A DNA stretch of 64,000 nt from Clostridia bacterium (GCA_045660545.1 JAZREA010000019.1:21179-85178); one strand, 5' to 3'. Shown: positions 10,803-22,696, numbered from the stretch's first letter. Notes: generated by a model not told the origin, from the sequence alone. Made by a program: numbers and translations.

Positions 10803-11291
10803 ATGAAAAAAGTTGGAATTATTATGGGTAGTGACAGTGATTTGCCGATTATTCAAAAAGCAGTTGATGTTTTAAAGGATTTTGGCGTTGAATACGAGGT
10901 GCATATTTATTCCGCACACAGAACTCCGAAAGAGGCGGGCGAATTTGCTCGCTCGGCAAGAGACAACGGCTTTGGTGTTATGATTGCGGCTGCAGGTATG
11001 GCGGCACATTTGGCCGGCGCCATTGCAGCTAACACTACTTTGCCTGTAATTGGTATTCCTTGCAAGTCCAAGGCTTTGGACGGTATGGACGCTTTGCTTT
11101 CAACCGTTATGATGCCTTCCGGAATTCCGGTTGCGACAGTTGCGATTGATGGCGGAGCCAACGCTGCGCTTTTGGCTGTTCAGATGTTGGCTGTAAGCGA
11201 CGCGGACCTTGCAAAGAAACTTGACGAAAAGAGAAAAAAAGCAGCTGACGATGTTCTTGCAAAGGACGCGCAGATTGCTTCTAAGTTATAA
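10803..11291 (+). CDS. purE: N5-CAIR mutase / AIR carboxylase
   Basis: IMGSDSD, SAHRTP, AGMAAHL, PVATV. Confidence 0.96.
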   Translation: MKKVGIIMGSDSDLPIIQKAVDVLKDFGVEYEVHIYSAHRTPKEAGEFARSARDNGFGVMIAAAGMAAHLAGAIAANTTLPVIGIPCKSKALDGMDALLSTVMMPSGIPVATVAIDGGANAALLAVQMLAVSDADLAKKLDEKRKKAADDVLAKDAQIASKL

Positions 11292-11339
11292 TATTAGTGC
11301 AATAATTAATTAAATTCATGGTGAATATGGGGTGCAAAA

Positions 11340-12767
11340 ATGGGTGGATTTTTTGGTGCAGTAGGAAAAGGAGATATTATATCTGACGTTTTCTTCGGAA
11401 CGGACTATCATTCTCATCTTGGAACAGTAAGTGCGGGAATGGCAGCTTATGACGAACAAAGCGGTATTCAAAGAAAGATACACAATATTTCAAACTCTCC
11501 TTTTCGTACAAAGTTTGAACATATTTTTGACAAAATGAAAGGTCATGCGGCTATTGGCTGCATAAACGACACGGACCCACAGCCTTTGATTGTTAAATCA
11601 AAGTTTGGCCTTTATGCTATATGCTTTATCGGTGTTATTAACAACGCAGAAGAGCTGATTAAGCGTTCACTTGACGAAGGGTATGGTCAGTTTGGCGCTA
11701 TGTCCGGCGGTGGAGTTAACACTACCGAGCTTGTTGCTGCTTTAATCAGCCAGAAGGAAACCTTTACCGAAGGTATTGAATACGCACAAAAGAGCATCGA
11801 CGGAACAGCATCTATTTTGATTTTAAAGGACGACGGGCATATTATCGCTGCTCGCGACAGGCTGGGAAGACTCCCTGTTTTGCTTGGCAAAAACGATGAC
11901 GGTTGCTGTGTTTCGTTTGAATCCTTTGCTTATACTAAACTTGAATATTACGACGAATATGCTCTTGGTCCCGCTGAGATTGTGGAGATTGATGAAAACG
12001 GCTACACAGTTTTAAAAGAAGCGGAAAAAGAGATGAGAATTTGCTCGTTCTTGTGGTCATACTACGGATTCCCTACTTCGAGTTACGAGGGGGTAAACGT
12101 TGAGGTTATGAGGTGCAAAAACGGCGAAATAATGGCAAAAAGAGATGAAAAAATCGGTATTTTACCAAAAGACGCGGACTTTATTGCGGGAGTTCCTGAT
12201 TCGGGAACACCGCATGCGATAGGATACGCTAATTACAGCCACATTCCTTTTGCAAGACCGTTTATAAAATATACACCCACATGGCCGAGAAGCTTTACTC
12301 CTACGTCCCAGAGGGAAAGAAACAGAGTCGCTAAAATGAAGCAGATACCAGTTCACGAACTCATTCGTGACAAAAACTTGATTTTTGTCGACGATTCAAT
12401 TGTAAGAGGTACACAAATCAGAGAGACAGTTGACTTTTTATATGAACACGGTGCAAAAAAAGTTCATATGCGTTCGGCTTGTCCACCGATTATGTACGGA
12501 TGTAAGTATCTTAATTTTTCACGCTCTACAAGCGATATGGACCTTATTACCCGTTCTACAATTCTTGATATTGAGGGCGAAGAAGGTTTTAAGCACATTG
12601 ATGAATACATCGACGCTGATTCGGAGCGCGGAAAGAAGCTAAGAGAAGCCATTGCGAAAAAGCTGCATCTTGCTTCGATTGAATTCCAGACTATTGATGG
12701 CCTTGTGGAATCGATTGGTATTGAACCGTGCAAGCTTTGCACATATTGTTGGAACGGAAAAGAATAA
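11340..12767 (+). CDS. purF: Amidophosphoribosyltransferase (variant lacking N-terminal Cys)
   Basis: [18 protein letters not shown] motif, Fe-S cysteines (CTYCW); N-terminus MGGFFG. Confidence 0.9.
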   Translation: MGGFFGAVGKGDIISDVFFGTDYHSHLGTVSAGMAAYDEQSGIQRKIHNISNSPFRTKFEHIFDKMKGHAAIGCINDTDPQPLIVKSKFGLYAICFIGVINNAEELIKRSLDEGYGQFGAMSGGGVNTTELVAALISQKETFTEGIEYAQKSIDGTASILILKDDGHIIAARDRLGRLPVLLGKNDDGCCVSFESFAYTKLEYYDEYALGPAEIVEIDENGYTVLKEAEKEMRICSFLWSYYGFPTSSYEGVNVEVMRCKNGEIMAKRDEKIGILPKDADFIAGVPDSGTPHAIGYANYSHIPFARPFIKYTPTWPRSFTPTSQRERNRVAKMKQIPVHELIRDKNLIFVDDSIVRGTQIRETVDFLYEHGAKKVHMRSACPPIMYGCKYLNFSRSTSDMDLITRSTILDIEGEEGFKHIDEYIDADSERGKKLREAIAKKLHLASIEFQTIDGLVESIGIEPCKLCTYCWNGKE

Positions 12768-12781
12768 AGGAGGAAGAAAAC

Positions 12782-13819
12782 ATGAAATCTATGTCTGAAA
12801 GCTACGCTGCAGCCGGTGTTGATATTACCGCAGGATATAAGGCTGTGGAGCTAATGAAAAAACACATAATGACAACTATGACAAAAGGTGTATGTTCTGA
12901 TGTCGGCGGATTTGGCGGACTTTTTGAGCTGGACCTTGAGGGGATAAAAAAGCCTGTATTGGTTAGTGGGACCGACGGAGTTGGTACTAAGCTTAAACTG
13001 GCGTTTTTACTTGACAAGCACGATACAGTAGGTATTGACTGCGTGGCTATGTGTGTAAACGACATCATCTGCGCAGGTGCTAAGCCTTTGTTCTTCCTTG
13101 ACTATATTGCCTGCGGAAAAAACGTGCCTGAGAAAATTGCAGACATTGTAAAAGGCGTTTGCGACGGATGTGTTGCGTCCGGTGCTGCTCTTATCGGCGG
13201 CGAAACTGCAGAGATGCCCGGATTTTATCCGATTGATGAATACGACCTTGCAGGATATTGCACAGGCGTTGTTGACAAGGACAAGATAATCGACAACAAG
13301 ACAATGGAAGAAGGCGATATTATTATCGCTCTTCCGTCAAGTGGTGTACATTCTAACGGATTTTCACTTGTAAGAAAGGTGTTTGACGTTGAAAACGCTG
13401 ACATTAAAACACCTGTCGACGAGCTTGGCGGCAAATCAATTGGAGAGACTTTGCTTACTCCTACAAAGATTTATGTTAAACCTGTACTTGCTTTGCTTGA
13501 CGAGGTTAAGGTTAAGGGTATTTCACACATTACCGGCGGTGGATTTTACGAGAACATTCCGCGCAGTATTCCTGACGGATTATGCGCCGAGGTTATAAAA
13601 GACGATGTAAGAATTTTGCCTATATTCGACCTGATTGCAAAAAGAGGTGGAATCAGCGAGAAGGATATGTTTAACACATTTAACATGGGCGTTGGTATGA
13701 CTATCGTTGTTTCGAAAGATGACGCTGACAAGGCGCTTGACATCTTAAAGAAAAACGGCGAAGACCCATACGTTATTGGTAAGATTATCAAATCTGACAG
13801 CAAAATTGTTATTAGATAG
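12782..13819 (+). CDS. purM: Phosphoribosylformylglycinamidine cyclo-ligase
   Basis: [36 protein letters not shown]. Confidence 0.97.
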   Translation: MKSMSESYAAAGVDITAGYKAVELMKKHIMTTMTKGVCSDVGGFGGLFELDLEGIKKPVLVSGTDGVGTKLKLAFLLDKHDTVGIDCVAMCVNDIICAGAKPLFFLDYIACGKNVPEKIADIVKGVCDGCVASGAALIGGETAEMPGFYPIDEYDLAGYCTGVVDKDKIIDNKTMEEGDIIIALPSSGVHSNGFSLVRKVFDVENADIKTPVDELGGKSIGETLLTPTKIYVKPVLALLDEVKVKGISHITGGGFYENIPRSIPDGLCAEVIKDDVRILPIFDLIAKRGGISEKDMFNTFNMGVGMTIVVSKDDADKALDILKKNGEDPYVIGKIIKSDSKIVIR

Positions 13820-13830
13820 GGTGAAGTTAT

Positions 13831-14445
13831 ATGTCTTTAAAATCGGTTAATATTGCTGTTTTAGTTTCCGGTGGTGGAACTAACCTACAAGCGTTAATCG
13901 ACGCGCAAAAAAGCGGTATTATACATAGCGGTAAGATTAAGCTTGTTATTTCCAACAACTCTGAGGCTTACGCTATTAAAAGAGCAAATGATAATAAAAT
14001 AAAGTCGGAAATTGTTTTGAAAAAAGACTTTCCGTCACAAGATGCCTTTGAGGACAAGATATCGCAGCTTTTAACACAAGAGGGAATCGGACTCATTGTA
14101 CTGGCCGGATTTATGAGCATTTTAAGCGAGAAGTTTACTAAAAAGTACGACAAAAAGATAGTTAACGTACACCCTTCGCTGATACCTTCGTTTTGCGGGC
14201 AGGGCTTCTACGGGCTTAAGGTTCACGAGGCGGCGCTTGCAAAAGGTGTAAAGGTAACCGGCGCTACGGTACACTTTGTAAATGAAATCCCGGACGGCGG
14301 AGAAATCATTATGCAAAAGGCCGTTGAAGTAGTTGACGGCGATACACCAGAAATCTTACAAAGACGTGTGATGGAACAGGCAGAGTGGATAATTCTCCCC
14401 GCTGCTGTTGAAGACGTTTGTGCAAAAATGAATGATAAAATATAA
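13831..14445 (+). CDS. purN: Phosphoribosylglycinamide formyltransferase
   Basis: SGGGTNLQA, NVHPSLIP, GATVHFV. Confidence 0.96.
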   Translation: MSLKSVNIAVLVSGGGTNLQALIDAQKSGIIHSGKIKLVISNNSEAYAIKRANDNKIKSEIVLKKDFPSQDAFEDKISQLLTQEGIGLIVLAGFMSILSEKFTKKYDKKIVNVHPSLIPSFCGQGFYGLKVHEAALAKGVKVTGATVHFVNEIPDGGEIIMQKAVEVVDGDTPEILQRRVMEQAEWIILPAAVEDVCAKMNDKI

Positions 14446-14458
14446 GGAGGACATAGCT

Positions 14459-15181
14459 TTGAATATATATAAGATTGACAACATTGGCGAGCTGATTAAA
14501 GACAACTCGTATCTTGGCAGAGGTATTGTTATTGGTAAGACTGAGGACGGCAAAAAAGCTTGTGCAGCTTATTTTATCATGGGCAGAAGCGCAAACAGCA
14601 GAAACCGTATTTTTAACTTAAAAGACGACGTTTTGTATACTGAGCCGTTTGATGCTTCTAAGGTTGAGGACCCGAGCCTTATAATATACGCGGCTGCAAG
14701 AAAGTTTGAAAACAAGCTTATCGTTACAAACGGTGACCAGACTGATACAATCTATGAAGGACTGGTTGACGGAATTGACTTTTCAAATGCTCTTAAAGTA
14801 AGAAAGTTTGAGCCTGATGCTCCAAACCTTACTCCCCGCATAAGCGGTATGCTTACTTTTGACGAAGGCGACTTCACATACGAAATGAGCATATTAAAAA
14901 GTGCAGACGCCGATGGTACTGCTTGTAACCGTTACAGCTATTCCTACGAGCCGTTGGCTGGGCTTGGACACTTTATTCACACTTATGTTTGTGACGGAAC
15001 CCCGATTCCAACCTTCCAGGGAGAGCCTGAGAGGGTATCAATACCAAATGATATTGACGAATTTACAAACACACTTTGGGATAATTTAAACGAAGACAAC
15101 AAGATTTCTTTATATGTTAAATATATTGATTTGTCAACAGGGGAAGAAACAGACAGGTTGATAAACAAAAATGTTAAATAA
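14459..15181 (+). CDS. Stand-alone IMP cyclohydrolase (PurO-like Ntn-hydrolase fold)
   Basis: YLGRGIVIG, YFIMGRS..SRNR, VTNGDQTD, FEPDAPNLTPRISG; TTG start after AAGGAGG. Confidence 0.85.
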   Translation: MNIYKIDNIGELIKDNSYLGRGIVIGKTEDGKKACAAYFIMGRSANSRNRIFNLKDDVLYTEPFDASKVEDPSLIIYAAARKFENKLIVTNGDQTDTIYEGLVDGIDFSNALKVRKFEPDAPNLTPRISGMLTFDEGDFTYEMSILKSADADGTACNRYSYSYEPLAGLGHFIHTYVCDGTPIPTFQGEPERVSIPNDIDEFTNTLWDNLNEDNKISLYVKYIDLSTGEETDRLINKNVK

Positions 15182-15193
15182 AGGAGATAACTT

Positions 15194-16378
15194 ATGAAAG
15201 AATTTGAGCTTAAATATGGTTGTAACCCAAACCAGAAGCCATCAAAAATTTTTATGAGTGATGGCAGCGATTTACCGATTGAAATTTTAAACGGCAGACC
15301 TGGGTACATTAACTTTCTTGACGCATTTAACAGCTGGCAGTTGGTTAAGGAACTAAAAGAGGCTCTTGGCCTTGCAGCAGTTACTTCCTTTAAACACGTC
15401 AGCCCTACTTCGGCCGCAGTTGGAATTCCGCTTTCGGACAAGCTGAAAAAGGCATGCTTTGTTGACGACATTGAGGGGCTTGACGATTCTCCGCTTGCAT
15501 GCGCATACGCACGCGCAAGGGGCACAGACAGAATGTGCTCTTTCGGTGACTGGGTAGCTTTGTCAGATGTCTGCGACGTAGTAACAGCGCGCATGATTGC
15601 AAGAGAGGTTTCTGATGGCGTTATCGCTCCGGGATATGAGCCTGAGGCGCTTGAAATATTAAAGACTAAGCGCAAAGGAACATATAACATCGTAAAGATA
15701 GACGAAAATTACGTTCCGCAGGAAGTTGAGAGAAAACACGTGTACGGAATTACGTTTGAGCAGGGACGTAACAACTTTAAGATTAACGAAGAGCTTTTGG
15801 CTGATATTGTTACAAAGAACAAGCAGCTTCCTGACAGCGCAACAAGAGACTTGATTATAGCTCTTATTACTCTTAAATACACACAATCAAACTCTGTGTG
15901 CTATGCAGTAGACGGACAGGCTATTGGTGTAGGAGCAGGTCAACAGTCGAGAATACATTGTACCCGTCTTGCAGGTTCTAAGGCTGACACTTGGTTTTTA
16001 AGACAGTATGACAAAGTTTTGAACCTTCCGTTTAAGGATACATTAGGAAGAGCTGACAGAGACAACGTTATCGACGGATACATCAACAAGAACGAAGAGG
16101 ATGTGTGTGCTGATGGTATCTGGCAGAAATACTTCACTGTAAAGCCGGAACCCTTGACAGACGAAGAAGCCAAGGAATACCTTGCAACAATAGACAATGT
16201 TGCGCTCGGCTCGGACGCTTTCTTCCCATTTGACGACAACATAGAAAGAGCGAAGAGAAGCGGTGTTAAGTACATTGCACAGCCCGGCGGCTCTATCAGA
16301 GACGACATTGTAATTGATTGCTGTGACAAGTATGGTATGGTTATGGCGTTTACAAAAATGCGCTTGTTCCATCACTAA
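15194..16378 (+). CDS. purH: AICAR formyltransferase (PurH transformylase domain only)
   Basis: LKYGCNPNQ, SFKHVSP, GAGQQSRIHC, SDAFFPF, QPGGSIRD, RLFHH; lacks IMPCH domain. Confidence 0.92.
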   Translation: MKEFELKYGCNPNQKPSKIFMSDGSDLPIEILNGRPGYINFLDAFNSWQLVKELKEALGLAAVTSFKHVSPTSAAVGIPLSDKLKKACFVDDIEGLDDSPLACAYARARGTDRMCSFGDWVALSDVCDVVTARMIAREVSDGVIAPGYEPEALEILKTKRKGTYNIVKIDENYVPQEVERKHVYGITFEQGRNNFKINEELLADIVTKNKQLPDSATRDLIIALITLKYTQSNSVCYAVDGQAIGVGAGQQSRIHCTRLAGSKADTWFLRQYDKVLNLPFKDTLGRADRDNVIDGYINKNEEDVCADGIWQKYFTVKPEPLTDEEAKEYLATIDNVALGSDAFFPFDDNIERAKRSGVKYIAQPGGSIRDDIVIDCCDKYGMVMAFTKMRLFHH

Positions 16379-16411
16379 TTTTTAGATATAAACGTAGGGA
16401 GATATATAGAT

Positions 16412-17650
16412 ATGAACTTTTTTGAAGAACTTAAAAATTACGACACAGAAGTAGCAGGTGCTTGTGCGCTTGAGCTTGAAAGACAGCAGCACAACATCGA
16501 GCTTATCGCTTCGGAAAATATTGTTTCCAAGGCTGTTCTTTTGGCAGCAGGTGGTGTTTTGACCAACAAATATGCAGAAGGATATCCTGCAAAGCGTTAT
16601 TACGGCGGATGCCAGTGTGTAGATATTGTTGAGGAAATAGCAAGAGAAAGAGCAAAGAAGCTATTTGGCGCTGAATACGCTAACGTTCAGCCACACAGTG
16701 GTGCTAACGCTAACCTTGCGGTGTTCTTCGGTCTTTTAGAGCCGGGCGATACTGTTATGGGTATGAACTTGCAGCAGGGCGGACATTTGTCACACGGTTC
16801 ACCTGTTAATATCTCGGGCAAATATTTTAACATCGTTCCTTACGGTGTTAACGACGAAACCGAGATGATTGACTATGACGAGATGAGAAGACTCGCGATT
16901 GAAAACAAGCCAAAGCTTTTGCTCGTTGGTGCAAGTGCTTATTCAAGAATAATTGACTTTAAGCGTTGCCGTGAGATTGCGGACGAGGTTGGCGCATACC
17001 TTATGGTTGACATGGCGCACATCGCAGGCCTTGTTGCCGCAGGCGTTCATCCGTCACCTGTTCCTTATGCAGACGTTGTAACAACTACAACTCACAAGAC
17101 ACTAAGAGGCCCAAGAGGCGGTATGATTCTTTGTAAGGAAAAGTACGGTAAGATTATTGACAAGGCTGTTTTCCCGGGTACTCAAGGTGGACCGCTTATG
17201 CACATTATTGCTGCTAAGGCAGTTGCATTGGGCGAGGCTATGACAGATGAATACAAGCAGTACCAGACACAGATTGTTAAAAACGCAAGCGTTCTTTGTG
17301 AAGAGCTTAAAAATAAAGGTGTTAAGATTGTTTCGAACGGTACTGACAACCATTTGATGCTCCTTAACTTAAAAGATACTTCACTTACAGGAAAAGAGCT
17401 TGAAAAATATCTTGACGACGTTCATATTACAGCAAACAAGAACACTGTTCCTAACGACCCGCAAAGTCCGTTTGTTACAAGCGGTCTTCGTATCGGTACA
17501 CCTGCTGTAACTTCTCGCGGATTTAAAGAAGAAGAAATGAAGAAGATTGCTAACTGGATTAGCATGATTATTAACGATTACGAAGGATGTAAAGACAAGG
17601 TTTCTTATGAAGTTCAAGAGCTTTGCAAAAGATTCCCGATTTACGGATAA
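16412..17650 (+). CDS. glyA: Serine hydroxymethyltransferase
   Basis: [31 protein letters not shown] lysine. Confidence 0.98.
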   Translation: MNFFEELKNYDTEVAGACALELERQQHNIELIASENIVSKAVLLAAGGVLTNKYAEGYPAKRYYGGCQCVDIVEEIARERAKKLFGAEYANVQPHSGANANLAVFFGLLEPGDTVMGMNLQQGGHLSHGSPVNISGKYFNIVPYGVNDETEMIDYDEMRRLAIENKPKLLLVGASAYSRIIDFKRCREIADEVGAYLMVDMAHIAGLVAAGVHPSPVPYADVVTTTTHKTLRGPRGGMILCKEKYGKIIDKAVFPGTQGGPLMHIIAAKAVALGEAMTDEYKQYQTQIVKNASVLCEELKNKGVKIVSNGTDNHLMLLNLKDTSLTGKELEKYLDDVHITANKNTVPNDPQSPFVTSGLRIGTPAVTSRGFKEEEMKKIANWISMIINDYEGCKDKVSYEVQELCKRFPIYG

Positions 17651-17669
17651 AACTAAGGCGGTGTGAATT

Positions 17670-18935
17670 TTGAAGATTTTAGTTGTTGGCAGCGGTGGCA
17701 GAGAACACGCTATAATAAAGAAAATTAAAGAAAACCCCACGGTTAAAAAAATTTACGCTATTCCCGGTAACGGCGGGATTGCAAAAGACGCCGAATGTGT
17801 TAACATCGGTGCTAAGGACATTGATGCGATTGCAAAATTTGCAACTGAGTCTAAAATTGACTACGCGGTTGTTGCACCTGATGACCCGTTAGTGTTAGGA
17901 TGTGTTGATGCTTTGGAAAAAGTAGGAGTTCCCTGCTTTGGCCCAACCGCAAAGGCGGCTATTATCGAGGGCAGCAAGGTGTTTTCCAAAAACCTGATGA
18001 AAAAATATAACATTCCTACTGCTAAGTACGAAGTTTTCTCGGATGCTGAAAAGGCGCTTGAATATTTAAAGACTGCGCCGATTCCTACAGTTATTAAGGC
18101 CGACGGACTTGCTCTTGGTAAGGGTGTTATTATTGCACAGACTTATGAAGAGGCAAAGCAGGCCGTTGTAGAGATTATGGAGGACAAGAAGTTTGGCGCA
18201 AGTGGCGAGAACATCGTTATCGAGGAATTCTTGACAGGTCCTGAGGTGTCTGTGCTTGCGTTTACAGACGGCAAGGTGGTTGTGCCTATGGTGTCTTCTA
18301 TGGACCACAAGCGTGCAAAAGACGGCGACGAAGGCCTAAACACCGGCGGTATGGGTACTGTTGCTCCCAACCCTTATTACACCAAAAAAATTGCTGACGA
18401 GTGTATGGAAAAGATATTTATCCCTACTATCGAGGCAATGAACAAAGAGGGAAGAACATTTAAAGGATGTTTGTACTTTGGACTTATGCTGACTGAAAAA
18501 GGACCTAAGGTTATTGAATATAACTGCAGGTTTGGCGACCCGGAGACACAGGTTGTACTGCCGCTTTTAAAGTCGGACTTACTAACTGTTATGATGGCGG
18601 TTACAGAAGAGAAGCTTGCAGAGTGTGAAGTAGAGTTTTACGACAAAAACGCATGCTGTGTTATTATGGCTTCCGATGGATATCCGTCTTCTTACGAGAA
18701 GGGATTTAAAATTGACATTCCATCAGAGATTGAAAGCGACGTCTTTGTTGCAGGCGCTAAGATTAAAGACGGCGAGCTTGTGACCGACGGAGGAAGAGTC
18801 CTTGGCGTAACAGCTATTGCCGACGACCTCCAGGGCGCTATTGACAGTGCTTACGCAAAGGTTGGTAAAATTGCGTTTGATAACGCATATTACCGCAAAG
18901 ACATAGGTAAGAAAGCCCTTATGGCTATTAAGTAA
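17670..18935 (+). CDS. purD: Phosphoribosylamine-glycine ligase
   Basis: GSGGREHA, KADGLALGKGV, NTGGMG, RFGDPETQ. Confidence 0.97.
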   Translation: MKILVVGSGGREHAIIKKIKENPTVKKIYAIPGNGGIAKDAECVNIGAKDIDAIAKFATESKIDYAVVAPDDPLVLGCVDALEKVGVPCFGPTAKAAIIEGSKVFSKNLMKKYNIPTAKYEVFSDAEKALEYLKTAPIPTVIKADGLALGKGVIIAQTYEEAKQAVVEIMEDKKFGASGENIVIEEFLTGPEVSVLAFTDGKVVVPMVSSMDHKRAKDGDEGLNTGGMGTVAPNPYYTKKIADECMEKIFIPTIEAMNKEGRTFKGCLYFGLMLTEKGPKVIEYNCRFGDPETQVVLPLLKSDLLTVMMAVTEEKLAECEVEFYDKNACCVIMASDGYPSSYEKGFKIDIPSEIESDVFVAGAKIKDGELVTDGGRVLGVTAIADDLQGAIDSAYAKVGKIAFDNAYYRKDIGKKALMAIK

Positions 18936-19001
18936 CATATTAAACAATATTATGAGCCCGCGCTAAGTTATAATTTGTGGGTAGAAAGGCTATGGATTAG
19001 T

Positions 19002-22000
19002 ATGGTTAACAGAATTTACGTTGAAAAAAAGCCACAGCTTGCACACGAGGCAATGTCACTGTTGTCTGATGCTCGCTCTTTACTTGGTATTAGTTCTTTG
19101 GAAAATGTCAGAATTATCAACCGTTATGATGTTGAGAATATTTCTGACGAGCTTTTGGAATACACTAAAAAAACTGTTTTTTCTGAGCCTCAGCTTGACT
19201 TGGTATACGACGAGCTTGAGCTTGGGGACGCAAAGAAGTTTGCAGTTGAGTTTTTGCTCGGTCAGTTTGACCAGAGGGCCGATTCTGCCGAACAGTGTGT
19301 CCAGATTATTTCGCAGGGAGAACGTCCGCTTATTCGCACAGCTAAGGTATACGCTCTTTACGGCAATATCAGTGACGCTGAATTTAACGAGATAAAGAAG
19401 TATGTTATTAACCCTGTTGAAGCTCGTGAGGCGGCATTTGAAAAGCCGTCAACTTTAAAGGTTGATTATGAGATACCTACCGAGGTTGCAACTCTTGACG
19501 GATTTACTGACCTTGACAGAAGTGGGCTTGCTGACTTTATTGCACAGTATGGGCTTGCTATGGATATCGACGACATAGCTTTTTGCAGCGAGTACTTCAA
19601 AAAAGAGGGAAGAAACCCAACTATTACTGAAATCAGGATGATTGATACTTACTGGTCTGACCATTGCAGACATACTACATTTTTAACTACTATTGATTCT
19701 GTTAAGTTTGAGGACGAGCTTTTGCAAAGCGCATATGATGAATACATTTCTGTCCGCAAACAGCTTGGCAGAACTAAGCCGATTTGTCTTATGGACCTTG
19801 CTACTATCGCAGTAAGGCATCTTAAAAAGAACGGAAAGCTTCAAAAGCTTGACGAGTCGGAAGAGATTAATGCCTGTACGGTTAAGATTGACGTTTCAGT
19901 TGACGGCAAGACTGAGCCGTGGCTGTTGTTGTTTAAGAACGAAACACACAACCATCCGACAGAGATTGAGCCGTTTGGTGGCGCTGCTACATGTATCGGT
20001 GGTGCTATTCGCGACCCGTTATCAGGACGCTCGTATGTTTACGGAGCGATGCGTGTAACAGGCGCTTCTGACCCGTTAAAGCCTGTTAGCGAGACTATTA
20101 AAGGTAAGCTTCCACAGAGAAAGATTGTTACAACTGCGGCTGCCGGATATTCGTCATACGGTAACCAGATTGGACTTGCAACAGGTATCGTAGATGAGAT
20201 ATATCACCCGGGTTACGAGGCTAAGCGTATGGAGATTGGCGCTGTTGTGGCGGCGGCTCCTGCTGAAAACGTGCGCAGAGAAAGACCGGCGCCCGGTGAT
20301 GTTGTAATTTTGCTTGGCGGAAGGACCGGACGTGACGGATGCGGTGGAGCGACAGGCTCTTCAAAGGCGCATACGATGGATTCGCTCGAAAACTGTGGCG
20401 CAGAAGTTCAAAAGGGTAATGCACCAGAGGAAAGAAAGCTGCAAAGATTGTTCAGAAACAAAGAAGCCTGCCTGATGATTAAGCGTTGTAACGACTTTGG
20501 CGCCGGCGGTGTTTCTGTTGCTATCGGCGAGCTGGCTGACGGACTTGAAATCGACCTTAACGCTGTTCCTAAAAAGTATGACGGTCTTGATGGCACGGAG
20601 CTTGCTATCAGTGAGTCTCAGGAGAGAATGGCAGTTGTTGTTGAGGAAAAAGACGTTGAAAGATTCTTAGAGCTTGCTGACACTGAAAACTTGCAGGCTA
20701 CTGTTGTTGCGCATGTTACTGCCGACCCACGACTTGTTATGAACTGGAACGGCAAGAATATTGTGAATATTAGCCGCGAATTTTTAAATTCTAACGGCGC
20801 TGAAAAGCATATCGACATTGCGCCTTTAAAGATTGAAAACTTTGACAAGAACATAGCAGATGACTTTGTAGGTGGATACAAGGATTTGGCACGCGACTTA
20901 AACGTATGTTCAAAGAGAGGCCTTTCTGAAAGGTTTGACTCTACGATTGGCGCAGGTACTGTTTTGATGCCGTTTGGCGGAAAGTACCAGCGTACGCCGA
21001 TTCAGGCTATGGTACAAAAAATCTCGGTTGAGAAAAAGCATACTGACGACTGCTCGCTTATGGCGTACGGCTACAACCCGTTTATTACTGAAATGAGCCC
21101 TTATCACGGTGCTTACCTTGCGGTTGTTGAGTCAGTTTCCAAGCTGATTGCCACTGGCGCTGAGTTTAAGGACGTTTATCTTACATTCCAGGAATATTTT
21201 GAAAATCCTAAAAAGGATGCAAAAAGATGGGGCAAGCCTCTTGCGGCTTTGCTTGGTGCCTTTAAGGCACAGATGGAGCTGCAGATTGGCTCTATCGGCG
21301 GCAAGGACTCTATGAGCGGTTCTTTTGAGAACATTGATGTTCCGCCGACTTTGGTATCCTTTGCGGTTACTACTGACAAGGTTTCTAACATTGTTTCGCC
21401 TGAGTTTAAAGCGGCTTCAAACAAGGTTGTATTAATTAAGCCGGAGTACGACAAAGACGGACTGCCTGTTGCAAATTCGTTAATTAATGTATTTGACAAG
21501 GTATGCAAAATGTTAAGAGACGGCAGAGCAGTTTCCTGCTACACGATTGGCTACGGCGGTATTGCAGAGGCTGTGCTAAAAATGTGCATCGGTAACGGAC
21601 TTGGCTTTGAATACGAAAGCGGAGTATCTAATCAGGATATATTCGGCTACTGTTACGGCGGATTTTTGCTCGAAGTAAAAGATGTAAACGATGGAGAAGA
21701 AGTAATCGGACGAGTAACCGACTGCGGCTGTATTTCGCGTGGTGCTGAAAAGCTTGACCTTGCGGAAATCTCTTCAATATACGAAGACAAGCTTGAGAGC
21801 GTTTACACCTGTAACATTGACCAGAAGGGCGGCAAGGTAGAAACATTCTCTTACAAGGCTGCTGATAGATACACAACAGCGTTTAAGTGCGCTAAGCCTA
21901 AGATTTTGATTCCTGCTTTCCCGGGAACTAACTGTGAATACGACAGTGCAAAGGCTGTTGCAGACGCGGGCGCCGAGCCTGAGATTATGGTTATCAACAA

Positions 22001-22691
22001 CCGTTCTGCAAGCGGAATTTCAAGGAGTATTGAAACATTCGCAGAAAAGATAAAAACCGCACAGGCGATATTTATCCCCGGTGGATTCTCCGGAGGAGAC
22101 GAGCCTGACGGAAGCGGAAAGTTTATTACCGCGTTTTTCAGAAGTGCTGCTATAAAAGAAGGAGTTACCGAACTTTTAGAGAGCAGAGACGGACTTATGT
22201 GCGGTATTTGTAACGGCTTCCAGGCTCTTATTAAGCTTGGCCTTGTTCCGTACGGCAAAATTGTCGACACAGACGAAAACTCGCCTACGTTGACCTTTAA
22301 CACAATTGGCAGACATCAGTCGAAGATTGTAAGAACGAGAATTGCTTCCAACAAGTCGCCGTGGCTTGCTCTTACAGAGGTCGGAGATGTATATAACGTT
22401 CCGATTTCACACGGTGAAGGAAGATTCTTGGCTGACGAGGCTACTATTATGGCGCTGGCCGAAAACGGACAGATTGCAACACAGTATGTTGACTTTGACG
22501 GTAAAGCCACAACAGACATACAGTTTAACCCTAACGACTCTATGTTTGCTATTGAGGGTATTACCTCGCCAGACGGAAGAGTGTTCGGTAAAATGGGACA
22601 CAGCGAGCGTATTGGAGATGGGCTTTATAAGAACGTCCTCGGCAACTATGATATACAGATGTTTAAGGCAGCTGTAAAATACTTTAAGTAA
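19002..22691 (+). CDS. purL: Phosphoribosylformylglycinamidine synthase (large fused form)
   Basis: WSDHCRH, ETHNHPTEIEPFGGA, C-terminal glutaminase GICNGFQ...GHSER. Confidence 0.97.
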   Translation: MVNRIYVEKKPQLAHEAMSLLSDARSLLGISSLENVRIINRYDVENISDELLEYTKKTVFSEPQLDLVYDELELGDAKKFAVEFLLGQFDQRADSAEQCVQIISQGERPLIRTAKVYALYGNISDAEFNEIKKYVINPVEAREAAFEKPSTLKVDYEIPTEVATLDGFTDLDRSGLADFIAQYGLAMDIDDIAFCSEYFKKEGRNPTITEIRMIDTYWSDHCRHTTFLTTIDSVKFEDELLQSAYDEYISVRKQLGRTKPICLMDLATIAVRHLKKNGKLQKLDESEEINACTVKIDVSVDGKTEPWLLLFKNETHNHPTEIEPFGGAATCIGGAIRDPLSGRSYVYGAMRVTGASDPLKPVSETIKGKLPQRKIVTTAAAGYSSYGNQIGLATGIVDEIYHPGYEAKRMEIGAVVAAAPAENVRRERPAPGDVVILLGGRTGRDGCGGATGSSKAHTMDSLENCGAEVQKGNAPEERKLQRLFRNKEACLMIKRCNDFGAGGVSVAIGELADGLEIDLNAVPKKYDGLDGTELAISESQERMAVVVEEKDVERFLELADTENLQATVVAHVTADPRLVMNWNGKNIVNISREFLNSNGAEKHIDIAPLKIENFDKNIADDFVGGYKDLARDLNVCSKRGLSERFDSTIGAGTVLMPFGGKYQRTPIQAMVQKISVEKKHTDDCSLMAYGYNPFITEMSPYHGAYLAVVESVSKLIATGAEFKDVYLTFQEYFENPKKDAKRWGKPLAALLGAFKAQMELQIGSIGGKDSMSGSFENIDVPPTLVSFAVTTDKVSNIVSPEFKAASNKVVLIKPEYDKDGLPVANSLINVFDKVCKMLRDGRAVSCYTIGYGGIAEAVLKMCIGNGLGFEYESGVSNQDIFGYCYGGFLLEVKDVNDGEEVIGRVTDCGCISRGAEKLDLAEISSIYEDKLESVYTCNIDQKGGKVETFSYKAADRYTTAFKCAKPKILIPAFPGTNCEYDSAKAVADAGAEPEIMVINNRSASGISRSIETFAEKIKTAQAIFIPGGFSGGDEPDGSGKFITAFFRSAAIKEGVTELLESRDGLMCGICNGFQALIKLGLVPYGKIVDTDENSPTLTFNTIGRHQSKIVRTRIASNKSPWLALTEVGDVYNVPISHGEGRFLADEATIMALAENGQIATQYVDFDGKATTDIQFNPNDSMFAIEGITSPDGRVFGKMGHSERIGDGLYKNVLGNYDIQMFKAAVKYFK

Positions 22692-22696
22692 AATTT

